Assembly: GCF_036971445.1 (NCBI RefSeq)
Contig: NC_091470.1
Location: forward strand, 51,150,001-51,214,000
From: Narcine bancroftii
Taxonomy: Eukaryota
DNA length: 64,000 bases
Reading direction: 5' to 3'
Every line of letters starts with the position of its first letter. The stretch's first letter is position 1. This document shows, piece after piece, positions 13,712 to 25,883 of the stretch. The notes under the pieces are model-generated. The model worked only from the letters and a program-made list of their open reading frames with translations. It ran no database searches and was not told the DNA's origin. The position numbers were made by a program, and so were the translations under genes.

Positions 13712-14325
13712 CGGTGGTCTGTGCAAAAGATGGTGGCTCTAGTGCTGGGGAGCGTACAACGAGGGGCTGCAGACTCAGGGTCAGCAGCAGACCAGCGCAG
13801 GGGACCAGAAATAGGGAGAACATCCTTCTCCTACCCCCCCCCCTCTGAGAAATAGAAACATGGGAAGGTGACCATGTCAGCAGACCAGTGAGACCACACA
13901 GGCTGTGGGAGGTTGGCCACTTGCAGTTGAAGGACTCACACGAGTTATGGGCTGCTGGAACTTGCGATCAAAGGACCAACACAGGCTGCAGGCTCATGGA
14001 ACCAGATATTGGAACCAGGATTCAAAAGGATCCTAAAGAGTCTCAGGCATTGAAGACTACCCGATCGTATAAGAGGTTTGATCCTGGACCACAGGTTGCC
14101 AATCATTGGAACAGGAATCTGTGCAGCTGCAGAGACTGTGGGAGCACTACAGGCAAATCCATGGACACTCAGAGTCTCTGAAGGGGCTCTCTTTTGATGC
14201 TCTTTCTTTTATTGTTAGGGGCGCTGGGCAATGCTCATGGCAGCTCTTGGTTTGCCTTCAAAAGTTGAAGTACATCATGTATATTACATTTTATGTCAAT
14301 AAAAGGAACCCTTGAACCTTTGACA
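13712..14325 (+). mobile_element. Non-coding SINE-like retroposon with a Rex1-type tail (copy 1)
   Basis: Colinear with the reverse complement of 23862-24520 (accagaaa..ggagaaca, ggaaggtgacca..agcagaccag, ggcaatg.tcat). Ends caataaaaggaacccttgaacc. Confidence 0.6.
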
Positions 14326-14340
14326 TTTGAAAATAACAGA

Positions 14341-14595
14341 AGGGCAGCATGGTTGGCATAGCAGTTACAACACCTTACAGTGCCAGCAATCGAGACCCGG
14401 GTTCGAATCCCGCCCTGTCTTTAATAAGATTGTACGTTCTCCCCATTTCTGCGGGGATTTTCCCCAGGGACTCCAGTTTCCTCCCACCGTTCGAAATGTG
14501 CTGGAGTGTAGGTTAATTGGGTGCAAATTGGGCAGCATGGATTTGTGGGCTGAAATGGTTTGTTACCGTGCTTAATGTCTAAAAATTTTTTAAAA
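14341..14595 (+). mobile_element. tRNA-derived HE1/V-SINE, full length
   Basis: A-box-like tggcatagcagtt, B-box gggttcgaatccc, V-domain, and CR1-type tail tgttaccgtgct...tgtctaaa. Confidence 0.85.
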
Positions 14596-14731
14596 TCTGG
14601 CTGCACTTTTTTGTGCACTAACTGCAACTGTGAATATATATCTATCAATTTTTTGTATTATCTATTATCTCTTTTTCTGTCACGGCCTATCATGGTAATT
14701 TGATTAACATTATTATAGATGGGATATCCAT

Positions 14732-15200
14732 GCATCGAATCCACGCTGCTGAAGATCCAGCTGCGCTGGGTGGGTCATGTCTCCAGAATGGAGGACCATC
14801 GCCTTCCCAAGATCGTGTTATATGGCGAGCTCTCCACTGGCCACCGTGACAGAGGTGCACCAAAGAAAAGGTACAAGGACTGCCTAAAGAAATCTCTTGG
14901 TGCCTGCCACATTGACCATCACCAGTGGGCTGATATCGTCTCAAACCGTGCATCTTGGCGCCTCACAGTTTGGCGGGCAGCAACCTCCTTTGAAGAAGAC
15001 CGCAGAGCCCACCTCACTGACAAAAGGCAAAGGAGGAAAAACCCAACACCCAACCCCAACCAACCAATTTTCCCCTGCAACCGCTGCAACCGTGTCTGCC
15101 TGTCCCGCATCGGACTTGTCAGCCACAAACGAGCCTGCAGCTGATGTGGACATTTACCCCCTCCATAAATCTTTGTCCGCGAAGCCAAGCCAAAGAAGAA
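14732..15200 (+). mobile_element. Young RTE LINE, 5'-truncated
   Basis: IESTLLKIQLRWVGHVSRMEDHRLPK...CNRCNRVC..RIGLVSHKRACS, near-identical to 38100-38566. Tail gccaaagaagaa. Confidence 0.95.
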
Positions 15201-15482
15201 AAATATAACAATGATCTCTCATTACTTCATTACATAGATGGGTAATGCAAACATATCCTTGCTACAGAAATTATTTTGGCCAATTTAACATCAGGAATGT
15301 TTTAATCAAATACTAATCAAAGCATCTCCATGAAATGGAGTTTTGCCTGCACTTTGGATGAATCGGGGAGGCTGCAGTCTGTGTATGAGGATCTTGCCCA
15401 GAGAGAGAGCTCCAGCCATCAGCCAGTCTCTGCCATTTATCTCCTCTCAACACTGTCACATAAACTTTTACTGTCTGCAGTT

Positions 15483-15960
15483 TACACCAAAATCCTGGAG
15501 AAACTCAGCAAGCCATGCAACATTCTCTATGTAGCAAAGATAAAGATACATAACCAACATTTCAGGCCTGAGCCCTTCATCAACTTCACTGGTTTCCTTA
15601 AGGACAGTCCCCTCTATCTCACTTCCCCATCTCCCTCTCTCCTTTCCTCCAGCTCCTCACCCCCTTCTCTCTCCATTCAGTGAGCTACTCCCCTCCCCCA
15701 TCACCTCAACTTTTTTTTAATGTCCTCACACCCCTATCCACCTATGACCTCCTGCTTATGGGCTTGTGCTCTGCCTCCTACTCCTCCCCCACCACTTTAT
15801 TCAGGAGGTTGCCTGCTTTTTGCCTGTACCTTAATGAAAGGTTCAGGCCCAATTTGTTGGATATGTATCTTTATCTTTACTAATAAAGAACACTGTGTGA
15901 CTTGCTGAATTACTCCAAGAATTTGTGTAAGTTGCAATCACAGCATCTGCAGACTTTCTT
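15483..15960. mobile_element. Non-autonomous Penelope-like element with inverted ~100-bp termini
   Basis: 15483-15583 is an imperfect reverse complement of 15830-15930 (aaagataaagatacat versus atgtatctttatcttt). The pyrimidine-rich middle has no convincing ORF. Confidence 0.6.
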
Positions 15961-16498
15961 GTTTTACTTTTAACTGCATTCATTCATATGTAGGCTACTC
16001 CCCTAACTTTCTTCAGTAAATTACAGAACATAGGTGCTCGTGCCTTTGTTATAGTCACAGATAATGATTCCTTGTGTGAATTTCTCATTGGTTTGATGAA
16101 GATGTTCACAGTTTTCATCACGGTGTCCTAGAATGGGTCAGAGGTGGCTGACACCACAGGCAGATTGTATCAATGTTAATGAAACACTTCTGTTACTGTG
16201 GCAACAGGTATGGCATATTGTGTAGCAAAGTGACAAGGTATAATGTATCAAAAATAAAAGCCAGCCAACACTGTGATTGAAAGCTAATGTCCAACACCAA
16301 TCTTGTGGTGTAGATTCAACTCATTGCCTGGGGTCAGGAAACTTGATTCACCCTCTTATCCTGCCAGGTAAAAATCTAAAAGTGAAATAGTTGTTGCAGC
16401 TTAGGTAGTGAATTGTTCATATCATCTGGGAGAAGGAACCAAGGAAAAAATCCATGACTGACTTCTGAAGGTTCTGTGTCATCAAGATGTAATTGCTT

Positions 16499-17349
16499 TT
16501 AGGGGGTGGGGGTCTGCGGGAGGCTCTCTCTGTTGTGTTCCGTGTACGGTTCCCAAATTTGTTTGAATACTGTGACGTTATTTCTTAAATTATATGTTAT
16601 TTTTTTCCAATGGAATACATTTATTCATTTCCATGTACCATTACTGTACTCTCAGGCTCTCTTCTGATTTCCAGGTTGACATTATACATTTTTTTGTTAC
16701 AGCTAAGGCTATCATAATAAATCTTTTTTGTGCTTCATCCAAATCGAGGCCTAGTTCTTTACTTCTTATATTACTTAGAAGAAAGATCTCTGGATTTTTT
16801 GATGTTGCTTTATGTGATTTTATTTAATACCTGATTTAGATCTTCCCAAAACTTTTCCTCTTCTTACATGCCCAAATTGCATGTTTCCTTCTTACAGCGA
16901 AAACATCAATCTGATACTGTTGGCTCCCATTTATTTAACTTTTGGGGCGTGGTATATAGCCTGTGTATCCAATTATATTGTATCATGCGTAACCTCGTGT
17001 TTATTGTATTTCTCATAGTTCCGGAGCATAGCTTTTCCCATTTTTCATTTTTTATCTTTACCCCCTAAAATGACAGAATGAGAAGAAGACGGAATGAACT
17101 GACCCAGTGTGTAAAAGTAGATGACAAAATTTTCTTGTTTATTTTCATTGTGTGATGACATTGTTTAATGGGTTTATTGTATTGTACATGTTGAATGTTT
17201 AGTGGGTAGGGAGGGGGGGTGGGAAGGAGGGAGGGAAGGGAGTGGGGAAAATGGGGAGAAAATGACATTGTGTATATTCAAGAGGGAAATGTTTGTGTGT
17301 ATTTTGGTTAATATGGTTCATAGTGTGAAAAATAAAAAATATTTAAAAA
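16499..17349 (+). mobile_element. L1-clade LINE 3' fragment with 5' inversion and 15-bp TSD
   Basis: TSD aagatgtaattgctt at 16484-16498 and 17350-17364. 16499-17065 on the minus strand encodes the L1 ORF2 C-terminus (IQYNWIHRLY.TP.KL..W....CFRCKKE..HAIWAC..FW). 17060-17349 on the plus strand is a G-rich 3' UTR with AATAAA and an A tail. Confidence 0.9.
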
Positions 17350-17599
17350 AAGATGTAATTGCTTGATTATCTGAACAGTGAACAGCAGGACAGATGTGGG
17401 CCCACTAAAGGACTGAGAAAACAGATAAAACAGATTAAACTAATGTCAAGAAGGCTCTGTTAAAATATCATTCAAGAACATGGTTAACAAAAAGAATGGG
17501 TTGAAACAGCAGACTGTGGACATTCCTGAAAGAATAGTTAAAGGTTTAAGGGGAAGCTAGATAAATAGGGAAGGGACAAAGAAACAGAAGGGAACCTTG

Positions 17600-19150
17600 A
17601 TAGTTTCTTATCTAGGCACCCTCTTGGGGACAACTTTGACTTTGCGCACTCCAAAGTTCCGAGATGGCTGATGCAGATCCATGGACTCTGCCATGGAGTG
17701 TTGTTGGATTTGATGCAGTGGGTGAGTGGGTGGTTTGATTCATAATTCCACTGTTTGCATAGCTATCATATTATCCATTGAAACAGTTCAAAGAATTTGA
17801 TGCCTTCCTCGACACCCCCAAGAAGTCTGAGTGGCTTTGTACTGGGGATACCATTGAGTGGGAGAGGATTGTTTTCAATAAAACTTCAAGATCTTCCTTG
17901 AAGCATTTCCTTTGCCTTCCTGGGAATTGTTTGCCATCTCAGAGTCAGGCCTGGTATGTCATCCACCCATTGGATCAAAGCATCAAAATCTAGGTTGTTG
18001 ACTTGGGAGAGGATGCAAGCAATGCTTTGCATATCCTGCAATTGGAAGGAGAATTACTGGTGCTTTCCTGCTCTTAATTAAATTGTATCTCCAAATCACA
18101 CAAGGGGATGTGGATCAGTGCTGCTGGGTTTTGAGATCCTGATCTTCAAATGTTCTTTTCCTTCTGTGACTAATGCTTGTGAATGCTCACTGGAGGCTGT
18201 AGTGAATTTCATTATTGATGCTTGCTATGGTTAATGAGGTTCAGGAACTAATTGTCATAATCCACAGTCTGATAACGAATTTTTAGTGTTCAAGGTTGGT
18301 GTTGAGTGGTAGTAGTAGATTGGTGAAGAGACTGATTTCCAGACATTTGATAAGGTCCTGTGAAGGATTCATTGTTGCTCAGTGTCAGAATGTGTACACG
18401 TGAGTGTGGCATTGCAATGTGAAGATGGATGATTGAAGGGAGAATGTAATTGGTTCTGGAGATGAACAGTTTCCCTCTCATCTTATTGACTTACTGAACT
18501 CCAATAGGGAGCTTGGAGTGAAGGGAAGTATTGCAGCAAGGAAGATTGAGAAGAGGGTCAGAGAAATTACTTGGCCTTTCTTGACACCTCTCTGCACAGA
18601 GATTAGGTTAATTTTGAGTCTATTGGTGAGAATATTTATTTATGCATTATCACAGAGAAGATATAGGATCCAGAAATGTTTTTTGAGGACAACTAAATTT
18701 GAAAAGGTTTGACTGTACTGAAGAATCCTTGAGGTTTTCCAAGACCATGTCCAGTGGGTGCTGCTGCCTCCAAATTTTATTTGGGTTTATTATCCACTGA
18801 AGATGAGGTCCCATGTGCTTCTTGACTATGGGAGGAACTGTCTGGTCACAGGGAAGATGAAGTTGATGATTCTTGCAATGACTTACCTTAGTCAGAAAGC
18901 AGGAAGAATGATTATGACAATGACATGTTGATGATCACTTGGCATCATCATCTAGGTCAGCATAGGGTTATCATCTTTTCCAGACCTCATCATCCTTTCC
19001 AGATGAGGACGATGAGATAATTTATTCATTCCACCAATACCTCTCTGCCCATATAACTGAATTGCATCAGGGATCTCACCTACTTGAGTGACTCCTTGAA
19101 TCTGTTCGATATCATAAGATCTGCTATAGCCTCAATGCTTTCTCAACTTG
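17600..19150 (-). mobile_element. Old, heavily decayed RTE LINE
   Basis: Minus-strand remnants of RT motifs (IARII...LP.SQ, DMV, FKFSCPQK..ILYLL.D) in RTE order, with many stops. Confidence 0.6.
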
Positions 19151-19476
19151 GCAAGAGGTTGAAAAGCTCATCCAATAGTCAATGAAATCCCAAGATCGAG
19201 ATCAACTAATTGATCTAAGAGACCGATTTCAGTCAAGAGAGTGCCAAAGTATTCTACAAATGGAATACTCAAATGATTTATCCTGTTGATTCATTATTCT
19301 CTTTGATTTCATTGAAGCATATCCATTTGAAGATCTTTTTGTTTTAGGTGCTGCTGATTACATCTTAAAGCAGGAATGCGCGACTACATCAATAAAAATC
19401 TAATTAAATAGTTTGGACCTTTTAATTTTTGAAACTCTAAGTTTCAAGAGTGGTACCTAAAGGTTTATTTGAACCC

Positions 19477-19707
19477 TGTGATAGTACAGATTCTATCACC
19501 AATGTGTATATGTACAGATGGCCGTGTAGGATGACTGTGACTGGCTGAGAGTGCAGCCACCCCTACTGGCAGGTCTTAAAGGATTGCTCCTAGCCAGACC
19601 AGGTCATTCTGGACTGGTCGACCTATTTGTGATAGGCTCCAGTCTTTTAGTTAATAAAAGCCTTGGTTTGGATCAGCAAGTCTTTGGTTCTTTCGACGCA
19701 CTCTACA
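19477..19707 (+). mobile_element. Solo LTR (Gypsy-type) with 5-bp TSD
   Basis: TGTGA...CTACA ends, internal AATAAA, and exact TSD aaccc at 19472-19476 and 19708-19712. Homologous to 50233-50463. Confidence 0.9.
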
Positions 19708-20149
19708 AACCCACAGAACTGTAAGCCAAAGTGAAAAGATTCTTGCACTCACACATGTCACTGATATATGGGCATTCAAAATAGGGATTTATTTTATAAG
19801 ACTGGCTTGCAAGTCAGGAAGAGTACATCTTGCTATCTGAGCCAACTTTTGCAAGTGCACTGTCATTCTCATTTAACATTCAATGAAGATGATACTGAGC
19901 TGAATGCTTTTGGATGGGTCGCATTGCAGAGCAGTGCTACCTGCCATCTCCCCACAATTGTACCTACCTGTTCCAGCTGCAGAAGACAGGTCTTGTTGGC
20001 CTAGAGGGTCCTGAACTCTAGAGGTATGAACTCAACCACTGCAGAGCCTTTTCAATGAAAGCTCTGCCCATAAAAATCCCCCAGATGTTTTGCTAGCTGA
20101 CAAAGCCCCCTCCTATCTTTGCCATTTGTTAAAACTATAGCAGGGCTGG

Positions 20150-20624
20150 TGTGGTGCGCTGTTAGCCAGAATCAGACATGCACAAGGTAAAGACTGTACA
20201 ACAGGCTTTAATCCACAAAGACTTCCACAGAGCCAGGCTGGCTGGCTGCAGCAACTCTGAGTAAGGCCTCGGGAGGCCGGCGCAGGCTTATATCCCAGAG
20301 GGTGATTGACACCCGACCGGGTGGGGCTTGATCCATTCAGGCTGACCGATTGACAGCCGGCCAGGTGTTGTCCTGTCCCCTTACACTCCTGCAGGTACAG
20401 AGGTTGCCCCCTGCAGTAGGCCAGTGGTACACTCCTGCAGGTACAGAGGTTGCCCCCTGCAGTAGGCCGGTGGTACACTCCTGCAGGTACAGAGGTTGCC
20501 CCCTGCAGTAGGCCGGTGGTACACTCCTGCAGGTACAGAGGTTTCCCCCTGCAGTAGGCCGGTGGTACACTCCTGCAGGTACAGAGGTTGCCCCCCTGCA
20601 GTAGGCCGGTGGTGTACCACCACA
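20150..20624 (-). mobile_element. Solo LTR containing a 46-bp tandem array
   Basis: Terminal inverted repeat TGTGGTG...CACCACA, flanks gctgg/gcttg (4 of 5 TSD match), TATAA and ATTAAA on the minus strand, CpGs retained. Confidence 0.85.
20382..20612. repeat. 46-bp minisatellite x5
   Basis: Unit tacactcctgcaggtacagaggttgccccctgcagtaggccggtgg starts at 20382, 20428, 20474, 20520 and 20566. Confidence 0.97.
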
Positions 20625-22240
20625 GCTTGTAATCGTTTTTAACATTTTGAGATAGTTAAAAATTAAAAGTGAATCAATTAAAAATTGCAAAGATTATTAA
20701 AAAGATTAAAAGTAAATATAAATGCCCACCAGCAGAATAAACATGAAAGTTAAATAAGATCAATTTTAAGAAATTGTCTTAGAGTACCCACTAAAATCAA
20801 TGTAAATTGGGATTCCAAAGCATTATTCCCTAGTGTAAGTACTGGGGTCCCTCTGCAAGGTGAGATTCCTCCACTGGACTCAATGGGGTATTCAGCAATG
20901 GAATATATTTGTAGGTGCAATGTAATCAGTCCTTTAGCAAGTCAAGGACTCCTGCCTTTGACCTTGCATGTATGGAAGTCTTGGACTCACTGCCACTCAA
21001 TGCTAGTGGTTCCATTTAGAACCACTGGCATTTTTGCTCAAAGGCCAGCCTGTTATTAGACCCAACCTCCCTTGCATTCCTGACCAATGAAACTATGGAC
21101 TCAAATCTATTTTCAATTGACAAATATTATATGGCCAAATCACACTGTCATCATTTGGATTTTGCTTTATTTTGCACCATTTTCTATCTCTGTTAACTTT
21201 GCTCTAAAAAAAATGACTTGCCACGAAATGTTCTCATCAGAATGAAGCCCCTTTAAAAGCTGCAAAAATTAACTAGTAAACCTAAGAGATCATTTAGCTG
21301 CCAACATCGTAAATGGAACAGGATGTGTTGAATCATGATTAACTGAGATGTGGGATTGGTGAGCTTACTGCTCTGGGTCCCCTTATGCCCACAACCTTCC
21401 CTTAGTCCCAGCACAGTAGCCCAGTCAATAATTTATTAATATGTGCTGTACAATTCAACGGAAGAATAGCTCCTCACATTACAAAAGAAAATCAATCTGA
21501 AGAAAAATAATTTGCTTAAAGCTGTACATAATACTAAAATAAAAACATGGAGCTGGTTTTACGGAGTCAATGTTTACTGATTCATATTGCATTAAAATTA
21601 GCTGACTATCGCAAAATGCAAAAATATTCAGAAATTATTTTTTAAAACAGGCCATTCAATTTGCATCTCCTCCAACCCATAAAAATCTTCCTACTTAATG
21701 TGTAAATAATTTTTTTTTGCTTGTCATTTTAAAATTATATTTCCTTTATCTATGGCTTCATTTTATGCTGACAGGAGGGGCAATATCACAATGAATTAAT
21801 CTTTCATGTGAATTCTTTACTATTCATGTCAATACATCAGCTTGTGTAGATTTATGTTTGTAGATTGCAAAACTTAAATAATGATATCAAATGATCAAAA
21901 ACATAAGGATTTACTGATATTGGTTTTCAGATCGGCATTGTGCATTGCGAATGTGGTTTTCGGCTATCAATAAAACCCTCAAATATAAAACTATTGAATT
22001 TTGAGTGCAGCATTATCTATTGAATTGCATGTGAGAAATTGACTTGGATTTTGAAACTACTATTCTTCATTGTTGTATGTGCCATTGAACTTGGAATTCC
22101 TGTGGAAATCCAAAAATTCTGTATGTTTTATTAACACTGAGTAATGAGGAAATCGTTGCAGAGGAAGACACGTCTAACATACAGAAGAGAGATGTTAAGG
22201 ATACAATGGGAAGTGAGGATCTCTCAATACAATCACTAAA

Positions 22241-23720
22241 GTCACGTCAAGTCAAGTTTATTGTCATCTGACTACAAGTAAAACAGTATCCTCGGTGCAA
22301 AACATACAGACATACAACCAGACATATCACACATACAGACAAACAATGCATATGCAGGACAAGTATTAATCTACACAAATAAATAAAGAGAATTTTGTTT
22401 CATGAATATGAAAGTTTTGGATAGTTAGTGTGAGCTTTTGGTCATTCAGCATTCTCACTGCCTGTTGGAAGAAGCTGTTCCTAAGCCTGGTACTGACTGT
22501 AATACTCCAATGAGAGCAGCGGAAAGATGCTATATGCAGGATGGAATGGGATTTTGCATGCTCTCTTCAGAAAACAATCCCAGGAAATCATATTGATGGG
22601 GGGAGGGAAACTCCATTGATCCTCTCTGTCACTCTTCTAGTTCTGTGGATTGACCTCCGATCCATTTCTCTGCAGCAACCATACCACACAATAAAGCAGT
22701 TGGTCAGGACACTCTCAATGGAGCTGCTGTAGAAGGTTGACATAATGGTGGCTGGTAGCATGGCCTGCTTCAGTCTTCTCAGGAAGTGGAGTAGCTGTTG
22801 TGCCTTCCTGAAAAGTGAGGAGATATGTGTCCATAATTGGTTGGTGCTCTCCACTGTCTCTACTACAGAGTTGTTGACATGTAGTAGAGGGTGATCATTC
22901 CTGGCCCTCCTGAAGTCCACAATCATCACCTTCATCTTATCCATGTTGAGACTCAGCTTTGTTACTCTGAATGGTTGCACCATTTCACAAGATTTTCCAC
23001 CTCTGTAGTGTGACTCAAGCCAACTCCTGGTGTGTTATCTGCAAACTTGATGACACTGTTGGAGCTGGATCTGGTGATCCAATTATGGGTCAGTAGCATG
23101 AACAGGAGCAGACTAACCACACAGCCGTGAGGAGCGCCAGTGCCCAGCATGACAGTGCTCAAGGTTCTGCTACCAACCTGGACAGATTATGGTGTTTCTA
23201 TTAAAAAGTCCAGAATCCAGTTATAGAGAGAGATGTTGAGTTCCAGAGAGGGAAGCTTCTCCACCACCCTTAGGGAATGATAATATTAAATGCTGAGCTG
23301 AAATCGATTAACAGCAGCCTAGCGTATGAGGCATTTTTCTCCAAGTGGGTCAGGACGGAGTGAAGGGATAAGGCTCTAGTATCATCTGTGGAACAGTTTC
23401 TTCTGCAGGTGAATTGAAATTCCATCATTTCTGAGAGGTGTGCTTTCATCACCAGACACTCAAAGCATTGTATAATAGTGGAGGTCAGTGCCACAAGGTG
23501 ATAGTCATTGTCACCCTCCTGGGTACCCAGATGATAGTGGCTGTCTTGAACCCTACGGGATTGATGGACTGCTGAGAGTTTGAAGATGTCCGTGGAGACC
23601 TCCATCAATTGGTCTGCACGGTCCTTCAGTACCTGACCAGGTATGTTGTCTGGTCCTGTCTCCTTGGATAGGGTTCTCCTCGGATAGGGTTCAGCTCAAC
23701 TTGGCCGCGGCTTTTCGGGG
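22241..23720 (-). mobile_element. Rex1/Babar-type LINE (RT and 3' end), decayed
   Basis: YARLLLIDFSSAFNII, GAPHGCVVSLLLF, IKFADNT, KVMIVDFRR and SSIESVLTNC.VWYG, with a (cttga)n tail. Confidence 0.9.
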
Positions 23721-23861
23721 AACCCATTCATAAGGGAGACACAGAGCCTTCTTTGGCATCGAAAGAAATAATGCTGAGCAAACTAGTTGATCTAAAGGTA
23801 GATACATCCACTGGCCCTGATGGAATGCATCTCAGAGTACTGAATGAAATGGTGTAGGTTA

Positions 23862-24520
23862 AGGTTCAAAGGTTCCTTTTATTGTCATGTAATAATACAA
23901 AATGTGTAATATATACCATATACTTCAATTTGTGCCTGCCAGAAAGGAAAACAAAGCATCATTATGAACATTGCCTGGCTGCTCCAATAACAAGTCAAGA
24001 GAAGCAAAAGAATGTCCCTTCAGAAATACTGTCTATGGCTTCACCTCCAGCGCTCCTGTAAACTCTGCAGCCACATAGACCCCAGAGCTCCAGATTCAAA
24101 ACTTTGAATAGGATCAGGAAACTTTCAGTGCCTGAGGCCCTTCAAGACCCCTTCATGCCCTCATCAATGTCTCAAATCACAATTTTGATGCCTGGTTCCC
24201 ATGAGCCAGTCTCCAATATCACAGCCTGGTGTGAGTCCTCTGACTGCAAGACGCCAACATCCTTTAGCCACTGTGTTCCTTGCTGGTCTGCTACTTTGGT
24301 CACCTTCCTATAGGATCATCTCCCGGGCTTCTTCTCAGTGGGAGTGTTCTCCTGTTTCTGGTGCCCTGTGCCAGTCCACTGCACTCCTGGCATCTGTAAA
24401 CCTTCCTGGTCGGTGACCCAGTACAGGCCCATCAACTTGGGCACAGAGTCGACTCCTCTAAAAGACTATTTAAAGCTGGCTGTGAAGGTCTTGGCTGATA
24501 AGAAGACAGCAGGTGTGTTT
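23862..24520 (-). mobile_element. Non-coding SINE-like retroposon with a Rex1-type tail (copy 2)
   Basis: Reverse-complement homology to 13712-14325. The tail aaggttcaaaggttccttttattgtca begins at 23862. Confidence 0.6.
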
Positions 24521-24552
24521 ATAAAAGAATGTTTGCAAAAGTCAGGTAACAA

Positions 24553-25883
24553 TCTCTTCTTTGGCTTGGCTTCACGGATGAAGATTTATGGAGGGGGTAA
24601 ATGTCCACGTCAGCTGCAGGCTCATTTGTGGCTGAAAAGTCCGATGCGGGACAGGCAGACACGGTTGCAGCGGTTGCAGGGGAAAATTGGTTGGTTGGGG
24701 TTGGGTGTTGGGTTTTTCCTCCTTTGCCTTTTGTCAGTGAGGTGGGCTCTGCGGTCCTCTTCAAAGGAGGTTGCTGCCCGCCAAACTGTGAGGCGCCAAG
24801 ATGCACGGTTTGAGGCGATATCAGCCCACTGGCGGTGGTCAATGTGGCAGGCACCAAGAGATTTCTTTAGGCAGTCCTTGTACCTTTTCTTTGGTGCACC
24901 TCTGTCACGGTGGCCAGTGGAGAGCTCGCCATATAACACGATCTTAGGAAGGCGATGGTCCTCCATTCTGGAGACGTGACCCACCCAGCGGAGCTGGATC
25001 TTCAGCAGCGTGGACTCGATGCTGTTGACCTCTGCCATCTCGAGTACTTCAACGTTAGGGATGAAAGCGCTCCAATGAATGTTGAGGATGGAGCGGAGAC
25101 AACGCTGGTGGAAGCGTTCTAGGAGCCGTAGGTGATGCCGGTAGAGGACCCATGATTCGGAGCCGAACAGGAGTGTGGGTATGACAACGGCTCTGTATAC
25201 GCTTATTTTTGTGAGGTTTTTCAGTTGGTTGTTTTTCCAGACTCTTTTGTGTAATCTTCCAAAGGCGCTATTTTCCTTGGCGAGTCTGTTGTCTATCTCG
25301 TTGTCGATCCTTGCATCTGATTAAATGGTGCAGCCGAGATAGGTAAACTGGTTGACCGTTTTGAGTTTTGTGTGCCCGATGGAGATGTGGGGGGGCTGGT
25401 AGTCATGGTGGGGAGCTGGCTGATGGAGGATCTCCGTTTTCTTCAGGCTGAATTCCAGGCCAAACATTTTGGCAGTTTCTGCAAAACAGGACGTCAAGCG
25501 CTGAAGAGCTGGCTCTGAATGGGCAACTAAAGCGGCATCGTCTGCAAAGAGTAGTTCACGGACAAGTTGCTCTTGTGTCTTGGTGTGAGCTTGCAGGCGC
25601 CTCAGATTGAAGAGACTGCCATCCGTGCGGTACCGGATGTAAACAGTGTCTTCATTGTTGAGGTCTTTCATGGCTTGGTTCAGCATCATGCTGAAGAAGA
25701 TTGAAAAGAGGGTTGGTGCGAGAACACAGCCTTGCTTCACGCCATTGTTAATGGAGAAGGGTTCAGAGAGCTCATTGCTGTATCTGACCCGACCTTGTTG
25801 GTTTTCGTGCAGTTGGATAATCATGTTGAGGAACTTTGGGGGGCATCCGATGCTCTCTAGTATTTGCCAAAGCCCTTTCCTGC
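24553..25883 (-). mobile_element. Young RTE LINE, 5'-truncated (RT C-terminal half)
   Basis: GVKQGCVLAPTLF and LLFADDAAL, near-identical to 37245-38566. There is a nonsense change at 25321-25323 and a possible short TSD caat. Confidence 0.95.

Noticed and set aside
14341-14420. tRNA gene
   Set aside because: A/B-box-like motifs are present but run into a SINE body and tail, and I could not fold a full cloverleaf. The same applies at 11155, 40596 and 54415.
20382-20612. Regular repeats resembling a CRISPR array
   Set aside because: The units are head-to-tail with no unique spacers, lie inside an LTR, and have no cas genes nearby; the context is eukaryotic.
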